A stretch of 64,000 nucleotides of DNA, from positions 891,397 to 955,396 of the forward strand of contig CBDASZ010000001.1 of assembly GCA_965199755.1 (NCBI GenBank). Reading direction: 5' to 3'. The DNA is from an uncultured candidatus Porisulfidus sp. (lineage in GTDB: Bacteria > Pseudomonadota > Gammaproteobacteria > Poriferisulfidales > Poriferisulfidaceae). A program made the translations under genes and the position numbers. The notes under the pieces are model-generated. The model was not told the DNA's origin, searched no databases, and saw only the letters and a program-made list of their open reading frames with translations. Below are positions 15,796-27,192 of this stretch, one piece after another. Numbering within the stretch: the first letter of the stretch is position 1; each line of letters begins with the position of its first letter.

Positions 15796-15952
15796 CTTTA
15801 CTATAATAACATCATAATGCCAGATTTTCATTTTTAGTCGATAAGTCAAATTAAAACAAGTGCTTGTTAGCCTGACATTATTTCTGCTGGCGCTTTTTAC
15901 AGAATTTCCGAAAAGGAGGACTAAGATCCACAGAAAATATAAAATCAATGAA

Positions 15953-16381
15953 TTACGTGTTATTCCTCACAAATACCTGATCATCATCACGAAACGCCTT
16001 CAGTTCCAGCAAGTTGCCTGCTGGATCCCGGATAAAGGCTGTGCCCTGCTCACCCGCCTGCCCCTCAAAACGAATGCACGGCTCCAACACGAAACTCATC
16101 TGATATTCTTTCAGGCGCAGAATTAGCCGCTGCCAGCATGGCCACTCAAGAACCAAACCGAAATGCGGCACAGAAATGTCCTCACCATCCACCGGGTTGC
16201 TACTCTCGGCACGCTCCGCATCTGACAAATGCACCGTGAGTTGGTGCTCCATGAAGTCAAAATCAACCCAGCGCTCACTGCTGCGGCCAACGCGGCATTG
16301 CAGAATTCCCGAATAAAACGCCGTCGCCGCAGTCAGATCATCCACCGGAATAGCCAGGTGAAACCGGGGCCGTGCGTCCAT
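15953..16381 (-). CDS. VOC/glyoxalase family protein
   Basis: FHLAIPVDDL, WVDFDF, VPHFG, GEQ.T.F..DPAGNLLE.K. Confidence 0.9.
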   Translation of the reverse strand: MDARPRFHLAIPVDDLTAATAFYSGILQCRVGRSSERWVDFDFMEHQLTVHLSDAERAESSNPVDGEDISVPHFGLVLEWPCWQRLILRLKEYQMSFVLEPCIRFEGQAGEQGTAFIRDPAGNLLELKAFRDDDQVFVRNNT

Positions 16382-17061
16382 TATGATCGCACCGGATGCC
16401 GCAAATACGTCGGCTCCGCCTCCTCTATAGAAACCCCCTCTCCTTCCGAATACGTGCGCAGTGCCAATTCCAGTACCGCTTGCGCCTGCGGGCGCGCAGC
16501 AGCATCAGAAGCCTGCACCCGTGCATCTAGCGCTGCTGCCAATTCAGGTATCTCCCAGGCACTGCCCCCTCCAGTCCAGCCTCCCGATAGTTCTTCCAGC
16601 AGCACCGGCAATTCTTCCGCATCGGTTATCGATTCAGGGCGTAATACTTGCAAGGTATCGTCTTCCACTGTGTAGGCTCCCCAATAGACTTGTTGCAATC
16701 GCGCATCCATAGCCACCAGTACTTGTCCTTCATGTCGGCTTCCCAGATCCCAGGCTAGCGCCGACAACGAGGAAATCGGCCATAGCAGTGCTCCGTTTGC
16801 AATGGCCATGCCATGCGCGATTGAAGCCGCGACGCGCACTCCGGTGAATGTACCCGGCCCGCGTCCGAAGGCAAGTGCCGTAAGTTCCTCAGGCATTCTC
16901 CCAGACTCCTCGAGCAAGGCGTCAATCTGCTCCATGATAACTTGTGTGTGTTCGCGCGGTGCCAGCGCACTGCGTGTGTGAAGTTCCCTGGCGTCGTACA
17001 GGGCTGTCGAGCACCATTCGGTCGAAGTCTCAAGCGCTAGCACCAGTGGCGACGAACTCAT
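16381..17061 (-). CDS. tsaB: tRNA threonylcarbamoyladenosine biosynthesis protein TsaB
   Basis: LALETSTE.CS, GRGPGTFTGVR, DAR..QVY, P.YLR. Confidence 0.95.
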   Translation of the reverse strand: MSSSPLVLALETSTEWCSTALYDARELHTRSALAPREHTQVIMEQIDALLEESGRMPEELTALAFGRGPGTFTGVRVAASIAHGMAIANGALLWPISSLSALAWDLGSRHEGQVLVAMDARLQQVYWGAYTVEDDTLQVLRPESITDAEELPVLLEELSGGWTGGGSAWEIPELAAALDARVQASDAAARPQAQAVLELALRTYSEGEGVSIEEAEPTYLRHPVRS

Positions 17062-18965
17062 GACTCCAGTCCCTCAAGAAACTGCAGCGCCTGCGCTAGA
17101 TCCCGACTGGCCGGCGCATTCGGCAAACTGTCCAGAAGCGTCTTGCCGTAGCGCTTTGTTTCCAAACGCGGATCAGCAATCACGAGCAATCCGCGATCAG
17201 TTATCCGTCGGATCAATCGCCCGCAACCTTGCTTCAGCATCAATGCCGCACGCGGCAGTTGCAGCTGCAAAAAAGGTTTTCCACCCTGTTCTTCTACCAA
17301 CGCCGCCCGCGCCTTAAACAACAAATCGTGATGCGACTCAAAAGGAATCTTGTCAATGATCACGCAACTCAAAGCCGGGCCCGGAACATCCACGCCTTCC
17401 CAAAAACTCGCGGATCCCAACAGTACGGCATTGTCGGTAGCAGCAAATTTCTTCAGCAACTCCTGACGCGAATTCGTGCCTTGCATCAGAAGCATGCAGT
17501 CCAGCCGAGGCTCCAGCCATTTCGTCGCCTGCTCCATGGCGCGAAAGCTGGTGAACAGCATGAAGGTCCGACCATGCAGTTGCTGTAGCAGCGGCAGTAT
17601 CGCCTCAAGCATGGTCTCGGTGTAATTCTTCTCATTCGGTTCCGGCAAATCCGGCGGCAAGTACAACAGCGCTTGCTGCGTGAAATCAAACGGACTGTGC
17701 AGTTGCAGTGCTTTGGTCTGTCCGGGATCCAACCCTAGCTGCTGCATGAAGTAGTCAAAATTGCCCGCCACGGACATGGTGGCTGATGTGTACACCCAGC
17801 GTGACGGATAATTCTCGCGAGCCGCCACAAACTGTTTGCTGACGTCAATCGGCACACTGTGCAATTCAAAGCCGGTGCGCGTGAAGCACAGATAATCACA
17901 ATACACGGACAACTTGCGAGGCCAGGCAGACAATTCCTCCACCATGTTTCTGCTGCGCAAGATCAACTTCTCCAGTTCCGCATCTTCCTTGTCCGTAACC
18001 TGATCGCCCAGGATCTCCACGAACTGCTCCAATTGCTCCCGTAAAGGGCGCGCATGCCCAGCGAAGTTCTCAGGCGGCAACAATCGCTCGTTGGGCACAG
18101 GATCCTGATACAGGGCCTGCCATTTCTTCTGCATTTCCGCCACCACCTGCTGCAGCGCTCTGGCCGAAGCCCCCATCGCTTGACTTTTGGCCCATGGTCG
18201 ACGCGAGAGTTTGTCTGCATCCCGACACAACATCTGGAAGCCGCCGGTAGTGAGCCGCGTCCCCCAGACACTCTCAAGCGCCGCATTTAGGCGATGTGCT
18301 TCATCTAGAACCAGCACCTCAAGTTTCGGCAATAACTCGCCGCCCATCGCCATGTCCGTTGCGAGCAGATGGTGGTTGGTGACCACCACATCGGCTGTAC
18401 GCGCCCGATCCCGCGCCAGCGTGACATAGCAATCCCGGTATTGCTTGCACTTCTTGCCCAGACAGTTTTCCTCGCTTGAAGTAATCAGAGGAATGACTCG
18501 ATCGTTCTCCCCCAAGCCCATTTCGGCTAGATCGCCGAAGCGCGTCTCATCCCGCCATTGCTGCAAGTTCGGTAGTTGCTTGCTGCGCGTTGTGCGCACA
18601 TATTCATCGTAGCGATACAGGCACAGATAATTGGCCCGCCCCTTCAGCACGCAGACGCGCGCATTCTGGCCGGTCGCCTTCAACGCCAGCGGTAGATCGT
18701 CATCGTACAGCTGATCCTGAAGGTGCCGGGTACCGGTCGAAATCAGGGTTCTCTTGCCGTATGCCAATACCGGTAGCAGATAGGACAAGGTCTTGCCTAC
18801 ACCGGTTCCGGCCTCGACCACCAGCGCATGATCATCCGACAAGGCTCCCCAGATCGCCTCCGACATTCTGATCTGTTCTTTGCGCGGCACATACTCTGAA
18901 AGTCGAGCGGCCACCTCGCCGTCTTCGGCAAAAGCCTGACGCGCGTTGAAGTCAATCGACTTCAC
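17058..18965 (-). CDS. yoaA: DinG/XPD family Fe-S DNA helicase (YoaA-like)
   Basis: EAGTGVGKT, KGRANYLC, Fe-S cysteines, DEAH, SFWEGVDVPG, QGCGRLIR; adjacent to tsaB as in enterobacteria. Confidence 0.9.
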   Translation of the reverse strand: MKSIDFNARQAFAEDGEVAARLSEYVPRKEQIRMSEAIWGALSDDHALVVEAGTGVGKTLSYLLPVLAYGKRTLISTGTRHLQDQLYDDDLPLALKATGQNARVCVLKGRANYLCLYRYDEYVRTTRSKQLPNLQQWRDETRFGDLAEMGLGENDRVIPLITSSEENCLGKKCKQYRDCYVTLARDRARTADVVVTNHHLLATDMAMGGELLPKLEVLVLDEAHRLNAALESVWGTRLTTGGFQMLCRDADKLSRRPWAKSQAMGASARALQQVVAEMQKKWQALYQDPVPNERLLPPENFAGHARPLREQLEQFVEILGDQVTDKEDAELEKLILRSRNMVEELSAWPRKLSVYCDYLCFTRTGFELHSVPIDVSKQFVAARENYPSRWVYTSATMSVAGNFDYFMQQLGLDPGQTKALQLHSPFDFTQQALLYLPPDLPEPNEKNYTETMLEAILPLLQQLHGRTFMLFTSFRAMEQATKWLEPRLDCMLLMQGTNSRQELLKKFAATDNAVLLGSASFWEGVDVPGPALSCVIIDKIPFESHHDLLFKARAALVEEQGGKPFLQLQLPRAALMLKQGCGRLIRRITDRGLLVIADPRLETKRYGKTLLDSLPNAPASRDLAQALQFLEGLES

Positions 18966-19450
18966 GGCGAGGGCGCACCCTCAAGCAACACCACGGCATG
19001 CGCCGCAATTCCTTCGGCGCGTCCCAGTGTCCCAAGCCCTTCATGTGTGGTTGCTTTGATATTGACGCATGATACCTGCAGTGACAGCAGCGCGGCGACG
19101 GACGTGCAAATCGCCTCGCGATGCGGGCTCAGTTTGGGTTCCTGCGCAATCACCGTAATGTCGGTATTGACGACCACCCAGCCTGCCGCTTGCACATCCT
19201 CCAGAACCCGGTGCAGCATCTCCGAACTGGGTGCGTCAAGCCAGCGCTGATCCGTGTCCGGGAACAGCAGTCCAATGTCGCCGAGCCCGGCCGCGCCGAG
19301 CAAAGCGTCAATCAAGGCATGCAGGATGACATCGCCATCGGAATGTGCCTTTACGCCGCGGGTATGGGGGATTTCGATTCCGCCCAGGGCCAGTCCCTGC
19401 GACGCATCATCGAAAGCATGAATGTCATAGCCGTGTCCAATACGCATCAT
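18962..19450 (-). CDS. ispF: 2-C-methyl-D-erythritol 2,4-cyclodiphosphate synthase
   Basis: RIGHGYDIH, HSDGDV..HA..DA, KATT.EGLG. Confidence 0.97.
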   Translation of the reverse strand: MMRIGHGYDIHAFDDASQGLALGGIEIPHTRGVKAHSDGDVILHALIDALLGAAGLGDIGLLFPDTDQRWLDAPSSEMLHRVLEDVQAAGWVVVNTDITVIAQEPKLSPHREAICTSVAALLSLQVSCVNIKATTHEGLGTLGRAEGIAAHAVVLLEGAPSP

Positions 19451-20138
19451 CGGGGTCCTCCTGAAGTATCTGCTCGGCCCGTGTTATATCATCAGGCCAG
19501 GTCAGTTTAATATTGTGCTCACCGCAACGTAGCAGCCGCGGCGCGTAGCCGCAGTGCTCCATGGCGCTCGACTCATCCGTAACCGTGATGTCTTCCGCCT
19601 GCGCGCGGCGTAGGGCTTCACGCAAAGCCTGCAGGCGAAACATCTGCGGAGTTTGCGCGCGCCACAAGTCCTCGCGATCCACAGGTTGCTGAATGCGCTG
19701 GTCTTTGGAAGCGCGCTTCAAACTGTCAATCACTGGAATCGCCAATAGCATTCCTTGCTCATCCGGTTCTTGCAACATACCGTCAATATCTGATTGCCAC
19801 ACGCATGGACGCGCCACATCATGCACCAGCACCCAGCAGTCATCCGCACCGTGCATCGCCACGGCGTCTAATCCGCGCAGTACGGAGTCGGCGCGCGTCG
19901 CACCACCCTCCACTTCACGAAACATCATGCCGGAAGGTACTTGGGGCAATTCTGAGGCGATGCTCTCGCCGGCCGGCAACATCAACGTGATGCTTTGAAT
20001 TCTGGGATAACACAAAGCGAACGGCCGCACCGCGTAGTCCACCACGCGACGTCCTGCGAGAGGGACGCGCCACTTGGCCCCCCCGAAGCGCGAGCCTGAG
20101 CCCGCACCCACAATCACTGCATGAAACTCGTCCGACAT
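19425..20138 (-). CDS. ispD: 2-C-methyl-D-erythritol 4-phosphate cytidylyltransferase
   Basis: GAGSGSRFG, GGATRADSV, VLVHDVARP, AQTPQ.F, TDE, NIKLT. Confidence 0.95.
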   Translation of the reverse strand: MSDEFHAVIVGAGSGSRFGGAKWRVPLAGRRVVDYAVRPFALCYPRIQSITLMLPAGESIASELPQVPSGMMFREVEGGATRADSVLRGLDAVAMHGADDCWVLVHDVARPCVWQSDIDGMLQEPDEQGMLLAIPVIDSLKRASKDQRIQQPVDREDLWRAQTPQMFRLQALREALRRAQAEDITVTDESSAMEHCGYAPRLLRCGEHNIKLTWPDDITRAEQILQEDPDDAYWTRL

Positions 20139-20148
20139 GATTCGTACT

Positions 20149-20454
20149 CTATTCTTCCGGTGGCAGTTCTTCTTCTGCAGGACCCGGATCGATCAGTTGA
20201 TAGAACTCCTCATCCTCGCGAATCATGCCGAGTTTCTCTCGCGCCAAACCTTCGATTCCAGCCAACCCCTCGCGCAAGTCTTCCAAATCTGAAGCAAGAA
20301 TCTGATTACGCTCCAGTAGTTGAGCATTCTCTTGCTTGAGGCGCTGATATTCCCCGGCCTGATACCAGATGTCCAGCAACCCACCTTGGCCCGAGACTAA
20401 AAAGAACAGCGATATCAGCAGCAAGCCTGCCAAACCCCAGGTCAGCCAGCGCAT
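20149..20454 (-). CDS. ftsB: cell division protein FtsB
   Basis: TM helix + coiled coil + ARE.LGMIR..E.FY; lies between eno and ispD. Confidence 0.92.
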   Translation of the reverse strand: MRWLTWGLAGLLLISLFFLVSGQGGLLDIWYQAGEYQRLKQENAQLLERNQILASDLEDLREGLAGIEGLAREKLGMIREDEEFYQLIDPGPAEEELPPEE

Positions 20455-20470
20455 GCGCCTGCGCCTCCTA

Positions 20471-21793
<1,323 letters not shown>

Positions 21794-21817
21794 TTAGCTC
21801 ATTGTACAAAATGAGCC

Positions 21818-22105
21818 TTACCGCTTGGTGAATTTTCCTTTGAGCTTGCCCCAGTAGCCTTTCGCTTGCGTATTGGCGTCGTCGAAATTCTTGGGAAAGT
21901 GTTCCTTTAATCTTGTCGTCCAGGCATACCCCGATTCTGTCAGAATCAGCAGTCCCGCTGGAATCACCACTATCGCCGGGCCCGGCGTGAAAATCATCAC
22001 CACGCCGATCAGTACCACCACCGCGCCAACCACCACCGTGCCAACACGCCACAACAGAGTATCACGGATGCGCTGCATCAAACTTCGTGCGGAAGACGAA
22101 GCCAT
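21818..22105 (-). CDS. PGPGW-domain small membrane protein
   Basis: Hydrophobic hairpin with TPGPAIVVIPAGLLIL..E..W. Confidence 0.75.
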   Translation of the reverse strand: MASSSARSLMQRIRDTLLWRVGTVVVGAVVVLIGVVMIFTPGPAIVVIPAGLLILTESGYAWTTRLKEHFPKNFDDANTQAKGYWGKLKGKFTKR

Positions 22106-22671
22106 CAGGCTCTCGGCAGGGTTACGCCTTTCTGGTTTTGATACTTGCCGCCGCGGTCGGCGTACGAGGTTTCACAGGCTTCATCCGCACCAAAGAAAAT
22201 CAACTGCGCTACGCCTTCGTTGGCATGAATTTTCGCCGGCAACGGTGTGGTATTGGAAAATTCCAGCGTCACGTGCCCTTCCCATTCCGGCTCAAGCGGT
22301 GTTACATTCACGATGATGCCGCAGCGCGCATAAGTGGACTTGCCCAGACAGATTACCAGAACGTCACGCGGAATCCGCAATCGCTCCACCGTGCTCGCCA
22401 ACACAAAAGAGTTCGGCGGAATGATGCACACGTCGCCTTCGTAGTCCACAAAACTGTCCGGTTCAAACTGTTTGGGGTCCACCACGGCCGAGTGGATATT
22501 GGTGAAAATCTTGAAATGCGTTGAGCAGCGAATGTCGTAACCGTAACTCGACACGCCGTAGGAAATCACCGGCTGGCCATCCACACTGCGGATCTGGCTG
22601 GGCTCAAACGGTGTGATCAGATCTTCCTGTTCAGCCATGCGCCGAATCCAACGGTCGGACTTGACCCCCAT
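22105..22671 (-). CDS. dcd: dCTP deaminase
   Basis: [37 protein letters not shown]. Confidence 0.97.
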   Translation of the reverse strand: MGVKSDRWIRRMAEQEDLITPFEPSQIRSVDGQPVISYGVSSYGYDIRCSTHFKIFTNIHSAVVDPKQFEPDSFVDYEGDVCIIPPNSFVLASTVERLRIPRDVLVICLGKSTYARCGIIVNVTPLEPEWEGHVTLEFSNTTPLPAKIHANEGVAQLIFFGADEACETSYADRGGKYQNQKGVTLPRA

Positions 22672-22674
22672 TAT

Positions 22675-23763
22675 TTAGTCGTTCTGGATGACGATGTGCG
22701 GGAATTTCGCACTGTAATCTTTTGCCTGCATGGCCAGTTTGGCCGCTGTGCGCCGCGCAATGTCGCGGTAGATCTGGGCAATGCGACCCTCCGGCTCAGC
22801 AATCACGGTCGGTTTGCCACTGTCGGTCTCTTCCCGAATACGGCGGTCCAGCGGCAGTTGCCCAAGCAGTTCCACGTCATTCTCTTGCGCCAGATTCTCG
22901 CCGCCGCCAGTGCCAAAAATCGGCTCTTCATATCCGCAGTTGCTGCAAATGTGCAGGCTCATGTTTTCGACGACACCAAGCACCGGCACCTCGACCTTGC
23001 GAAACATCTTCAAACCCTTGCGCGCATCCAGCAAGGCGATGTTCTGCGGCGTGGTGACAATCACCGCGCCACTGACCGGAATCTTTTGCGCCAGCGTCAA
23101 CTGCACATCACCCGTGCCCGGCGGCAGGTCCACCACCAGGTAGTCCAGGTTGCGCCAGCGGGTATCGTTGAGCAACTGCTCAAGCGCCTGCGTCACCATC
23201 GGACCGCGCCAGATCATCGGTGTCTCTTCGTCAATCAGGAAGCCAATCGACATGGCCTGCAGCCCATGACTCATCATCGGCTCCAGACTTTTGCCATCTT
23301 GTGAATCAGGCTGCCCGGAAATGCCCAGCATGATCGGCTGGCTGGGCCCATAAATATCAGCGTCCAGCATGCCAACGATGGCACCTTCGGTTGACAGCGC
23401 CAGCGCCAGATTGATTGCGGTAGTGGATTTGCCGACACCGCCCTTGCCGGAAGCGACGGCGATCACATTCTTGATGTTCTCCATCGGTTTGAGGTTCTTT
23501 TGCACCGAATGCGCCTGAATGTCCCAGCCCACATCCACCTCTACACTGCCCGCACCATCCAAAGCGTTCAGCTTCTCCTCGATCTCCTGCTTCAACTCAT
23601 CACGAATACCCTTGGCCGGATAGCCCAAACGAATCGTGACCGACACCGCATCGCCGGATACCGACACATCCTGAATCGCACGCGCCTTCCCAAGATCCAC
23701 CTCCGCTACCGGGTCCTGGATTTCTTTCAGCGCATTTTCGACCTGTTCCTGGCTAAGCGCCAT
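22675..23763 (-). CDS. apbC: Fe-S cluster carrier protein ApbC/Mrp
   Basis: ASGKGGVGKST, DADIYGPS, WRGPM, DLPPGTGD, ENMS..IC..C. Confidence 0.96.
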   Translation of the reverse strand: MALSQEQVENALKEIQDPVAEVDLGKARAIQDVSVSGDAVSVTIRLGYPAKGIRDELKQEIEEKLNALDGAGSVEVDVGWDIQAHSVQKNLKPMENIKNVIAVASGKGGVGKSTTAINLALALSTEGAIVGMLDADIYGPSQPIMLGISGQPDSQDGKSLEPMMSHGLQAMSIGFLIDEETPMIWRGPMVTQALEQLLNDTRWRNLDYLVVDLPPGTGDVQLTLAQKIPVSGAVIVTTPQNIALLDARKGLKMFRKVEVPVLGVVENMSLHICSNCGYEEPIFGTGGGENLAQENDVELLGQLPLDRRIREETDSGKPTVIAEPEGRIAQIYRDIARRTAAKLAMQAKDYSAKFPHIVIQND

Positions 23764-23854
23764 GATTTTTCTCTCCTGCTGGGGTGTGCGTGCGCATTAT
23801 AAGGGGACTGACCTGCATCGCCTCCCTCGCAAGTCATCTCTACTCTTTGAAAAC

Positions 23855-23929
23855 TGGAGCTGGCGAGAGGAATCGAACCCCCAACCTGCTGTTTACAAAA
23901 CAGCTGCTCTGCCGTTGAGCTACGCCAGC
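23855..23929 (-). tRNA. tRNA-Thr(UGU)
   Basis: Minus strand GCTGGCG...anticodon arm GCTGT-TTTGTAA-ACAGC...GGGGG-TTCGATT-CCTCT-CGCCAGC-TCCA; 75 nt with encoded CCA. Confidence 0.96.
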
Positions 23930-23939
23930 GTAGCGACAA

Positions 23940-24899
23940 TTATACGTCCGCGCTCTCTTGCGCGGCATCGCGCAACGCGCTCAGGTAGGACTTGCATGCG
24001 TCATCCAGCGGTGCCGTAACACGCACTCGTGTACCGCGCACCGGGTGGCGCAATTCCAGTGAATGCGCATGCAAAAACAAGCGTCTAAACCCTACCGCTT
24101 TCGCTTGTTGATTGGCCTCGCGTTGGCCATAACGCGCATCGCCGATAACCGGATGCCCCTGCTCGCTCGTATGCACCCGAATCTGATGCGTCCGACCGGT
24201 CTCGATAGCGACATCAAGTAATGTGGCGCATCCCAGTTGCTCGAGCACCCGGAACTGTGTCCGCGCCTCTCTGCCCGCTGCATCTACGACCACCTTGCGC
24301 CCTTTCGCCTGACGCCGACGAACCTGTAAGGCGGAACGCACCTCCTGCACATCTTCAGACCACTCTCCATGCACCAACACGCGATAGCGCTTGCGCACGG
24401 CGCGTGTGCGCAACTGACGCTGCACTCCCAACAATGCGGGACGGCTGCGCGCCAGAATCAGGCAACCACTGCTGCCACGATCCAGCCGATGTGCCAATTC
24501 CAGAAACTCTTCCCCCTCTCTGCTCTGCCGCAGTACCTGCAGCAAACCAAAACGCAGGCGGCTGCCGCCGTGCACTGCGAGTCCCGACGGTTTGTTGACA
24601 ATCAGAAGATCCGCATCCTCATACAGCACAGGTACGGATATTTCCGGCGCTTCAATCGGCTCCATTTGCGCTTCGCTTCGATGCGGCGGCAAACGCACCT
24701 GATCGCCAGCACTCAGGCGGCGCGCAGGTGTCGCGCGGCCGCGATTGACCCGTACCTGTCCCGTTCGAATCCAGCGATACACCGCGCTGCGCGGGGCATC
24801 CAGACGCGACAGCAGGAAATTATCCAGCCGGCGGCCGGCTTCAGGCTCCTGTACCGAGACGTATTGCACAGGTTGTGGCTGCGGAGATTTCGAGTTCAT
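23940..24899 (-). CDS. rluC: 23S rRNA pseudouridine synthase RluC
   Basis: S4 domain RLDNFL, NKPSGLAVHGG, HRLD, TGRTHQIRVH; divergent from rne. Confidence 0.94.
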   Translation of the reverse strand: MNSKSPQPQPVQYVSVQEPEAGRRLDNFLLSRLDAPRSAVYRWIRTGQVRVNRGRATPARRLSAGDQVRLPPHRSEAQMEPIEAPEISVPVLYEDADLLIVNKPSGLAVHGGSRLRFGLLQVLRQSREGEEFLELAHRLDRGSSGCLILARSRPALLGVQRQLRTRAVRKRYRVLVHGEWSEDVQEVRSALQVRRRQAKGRKVVVDAAGREARTQFRVLEQLGCATLLDVAIETGRTHQIRVHTSEQGHPVIGDARYGQREANQQAKAVGFRRLFLHAHSLELRHPVRGTRVRVTAPLDDACKSYLSALRDAAQESADV

Positions 24900-24954
24900 A
24901 AGCCGTAGTTCATTTCAGCGGGTTTCAGACATTTAATGCCTCGATCACAAGACC

Positions 24955-24963
24955 TGTTATACT
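24955..24963 (+). promoter_or_regulatory. possible extended -10 promoter for rne, giving a long 5' UTR
   Basis: TGtTATACT about 280 bp upstream of the rne ATG; no convincing -35. Confidence 0.35.
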
Positions 24964-25243
24964 AAGGTCAGAATTTGCGACGCTGTGGATTTCAGATCTG
25001 CAGGTTATCCGATCGACAAAATTTGTCATCATCAAGAGTTTCTCCGGGCTGATTATTCAACGCTAGTCTCGGCCCTCAATACTTGATTTATTGAAACAAT
25101 CCGCTCCCCAAATACGCCAATGATGCACCCCGCGAACACTGATATGAATCCGCGAATGTCTGACTTGCGCGATGCGCTGCCTGCGGCTCAGCTGAGCGTA
25201 GCAACCCGCTTTACGGGAGCCTTGCAACCGTTACAGGATCACT

Positions 25244-27184
25244 ATGAAACGCATCCTCATCAATGCGACGCAGCAGGAAGAACTGCGCGTAGCTATGGTC
25301 GACGGTCAGGAACTGATCGACCTCGACATCGAGCTGCCCGGTAAAGAATTACGTAAATCCAATATCTACAAGGCACGTATCGTCCGCATAGAGCCCAGTC
25401 TCGAAGCGGCGTTTGTAGATTATGGAATGCCGCGCCACGGCTTTTTGCCGTTTCGCGAAATCTCATCCTCTTGCTACCGAAACAAAGGGGCCAAGGTCAT
25501 CAGTGACGCGGTCTCTGAAGGTCAGGAACTGATTGTTCAGGTGACGCAGGATGAACGCGGCAACAAAGGCGCAGCACTCACCACCAACCCGTCCCTGCCC
25601 GGGCGCTATCTGGTGCTGATGCCGAACAATGCCCGCACCGGTGGCATCTCACGGCAAATTGAAGGCGAAGAACGCGAGGAATTGCAGCGCGTCGCCGCGC
25701 AACTGACTCCGCCAGAAGGCTCCGGCTTCATCATCCGCACCGCCGGCATCGGCCACAGCGTCAAGGAACTGCAGTGGGATCTAGACAACCAGGCGCGCCT
25801 GTGGGAAGCGATTCAGAAAGCCGCTGCAAAACCGGCACCGCTGATGCTCTACAGCGACAACGATGCTGTCATCCGCGCATTGCGGGACAACCTTCGCAGC
25901 GACATTGGCGAAGTGCTGATCGACGACGACGAGACCTACCAGAAAGCCTGCAAGTTTGTCGAGCGCATGGCACCGCAGTTTCGCAAGCAACTGATTCGCC
26001 ATGACAGCGATACGCCGCTGTTTAGTCATTATCAGATTGAAAGCCATATCGAATCCGCGCATAACCGCACGGTGCACCTGCCATCCGGCGGCACCATCGC
26101 GATCGACCATACCGAAGCACTGGTCTCCATCGACATCAATTCAGCACGCGCCACCAAAAGCGGTGACATTGAAACCACCGCTCTGAAAACCAACCTGGAA
26201 GCGGCGCGTGAAATTGCGCGTCAGTTGCGGCTGCGTAACCTCGGCGGCCTGGTCGTGATTGACTTCATCGACATGGTCAGCGCGAGTAATCAGAAAAAAG
26301 TCGAGAACGAGTTTCGCGAGGCCTCGCGCGTGGATCGGGCACGGGTCCAGATCGGGCGCCTGTCTCGCTTCGGGCTGCTGGAGTTGTCACGCCAGCGAAT
26401 CCGCCCGACGCTCGGAGAGTTCACGCAGATCATCTGCCCACGCTGCGACGGTCACGGCTCAATCCGCACCGTCCCGTCTTTGGCACTGGCAACCCTGCGA
26501 TTGATTGAAGAAGAGGCGATGAAGCAAAACACGGGAATGGTCGTGATGGAATTGCCGGTCGCGGTAACTTCCTATCTGCTGAATGAGAAACGTGAGGCCA
26601 TTGAGGAATTGACGCACCGCCACAGTGTGCGCATCCGCCTGCTGCCTGTCGTCGAACTTGAGGTGCCGCATTACCGGCTGCATCGCTACCGGGATGACGC
26701 GCCTGAACTGTCGCAACGCTTCGACTATGAAGCGCCGAAACTGCCCGATTCCAATTTGCGGGTATCCACCACGCAGGAACGCAGCGTACACGAAAAAGAA
26801 GCCGCGCCACGACAAACCCCGGAGGTGGATGTTACCGATCATCTGGTTTCCTCACCGCGCCGGCGCTCACTGCTTGAATGGCTGCTACGCCCGCTGCAGA
26901 GAACGCCAAAGGAAGCCGAAGCGACCGATGAGAAAACATCGTCTGATACGTCGGCTCAGCCACGCTCACGCAATAACAATCGGCGGCGCCGCGGCGGCAG
27001 CGGTCAACGCAACGAGCGAGACGCCCGCTCTGATTCCGCCACACGCGATCAGCCACAACGGCGGCGGCGTGGGCGGCGCGGTGGACGCAACCGTCGGCGC
27101 GCACAAGGTCCGTATGGCAATACCTCTGCTGGTGATGGGCGCGCGCGCGCCAGTGGCTCTGACGGCTCGGGACGCGACAGTTAG
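25244..27184 (+). CDS. rne: ribonuclease E with short C-terminal scaffold
   Basis: MKRILINATQQEELRVA, IDINS.RAT, VVIDFIDM, CPRCDG; amphipathic SLLEWLLRPL and Arg-rich tail. Confidence 0.97.
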   Translation: MKRILINATQQEELRVAMVDGQELIDLDIELPGKELRKSNIYKARIVRIEPSLEAAFVDYGMPRHGFLPFREISSSCYRNKGAKVISDAVSEGQELIVQVTQDERGNKGAALTTNPSLPGRYLVLMPNNARTGGISRQIEGEEREELQRVAAQLTPPEGSGFIIRTAGIGHSVKELQWDLDNQARLWEAIQKAAAKPAPLMLYSDNDAVIRALRDNLRSDIGEVLIDDDETYQKACKFVERMAPQFRKQLIRHDSDTPLFSHYQIESHIESAHNRTVHLPSGGTIAIDHTEALVSIDINSARATKSGDIETTALKTNLEAAREIARQLRLRNLGGLVVIDFIDMVSASNQKKVENEFREASRVDRARVQIGRLSRFGLLELSRQRIRPTLGEFTQIICPRCDGHGSIRTVPSLALATLRLIEEEAMKQNTGMVVMELPVAVTSYLLNEKREAIEELTHRHSVRIRLLPVVELEVPHYRLHRYRDDAPELSQRFDYEAPKLPDSNLRVSTTQERSVHEKEAAPRQTPEVDVTDHLVSSPRRRSLLEWLLRPLQRTPKEAEATDEKTSSDTSAQPRSRNNNRRRRGGSGQRNERDARSDSATRDQPQRRRRGRRGGRNRRRAQGPYGNTSAGDGRARASGSDGSGRDS

Positions 27185-27192
27185 TTCTGGCG

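Noticed and set aside
23764-23940. Island integrated at tRNA-Thr
   Set aside because: Both flanks are core genes; no integrase and no duplicated tRNA 3' end seen.
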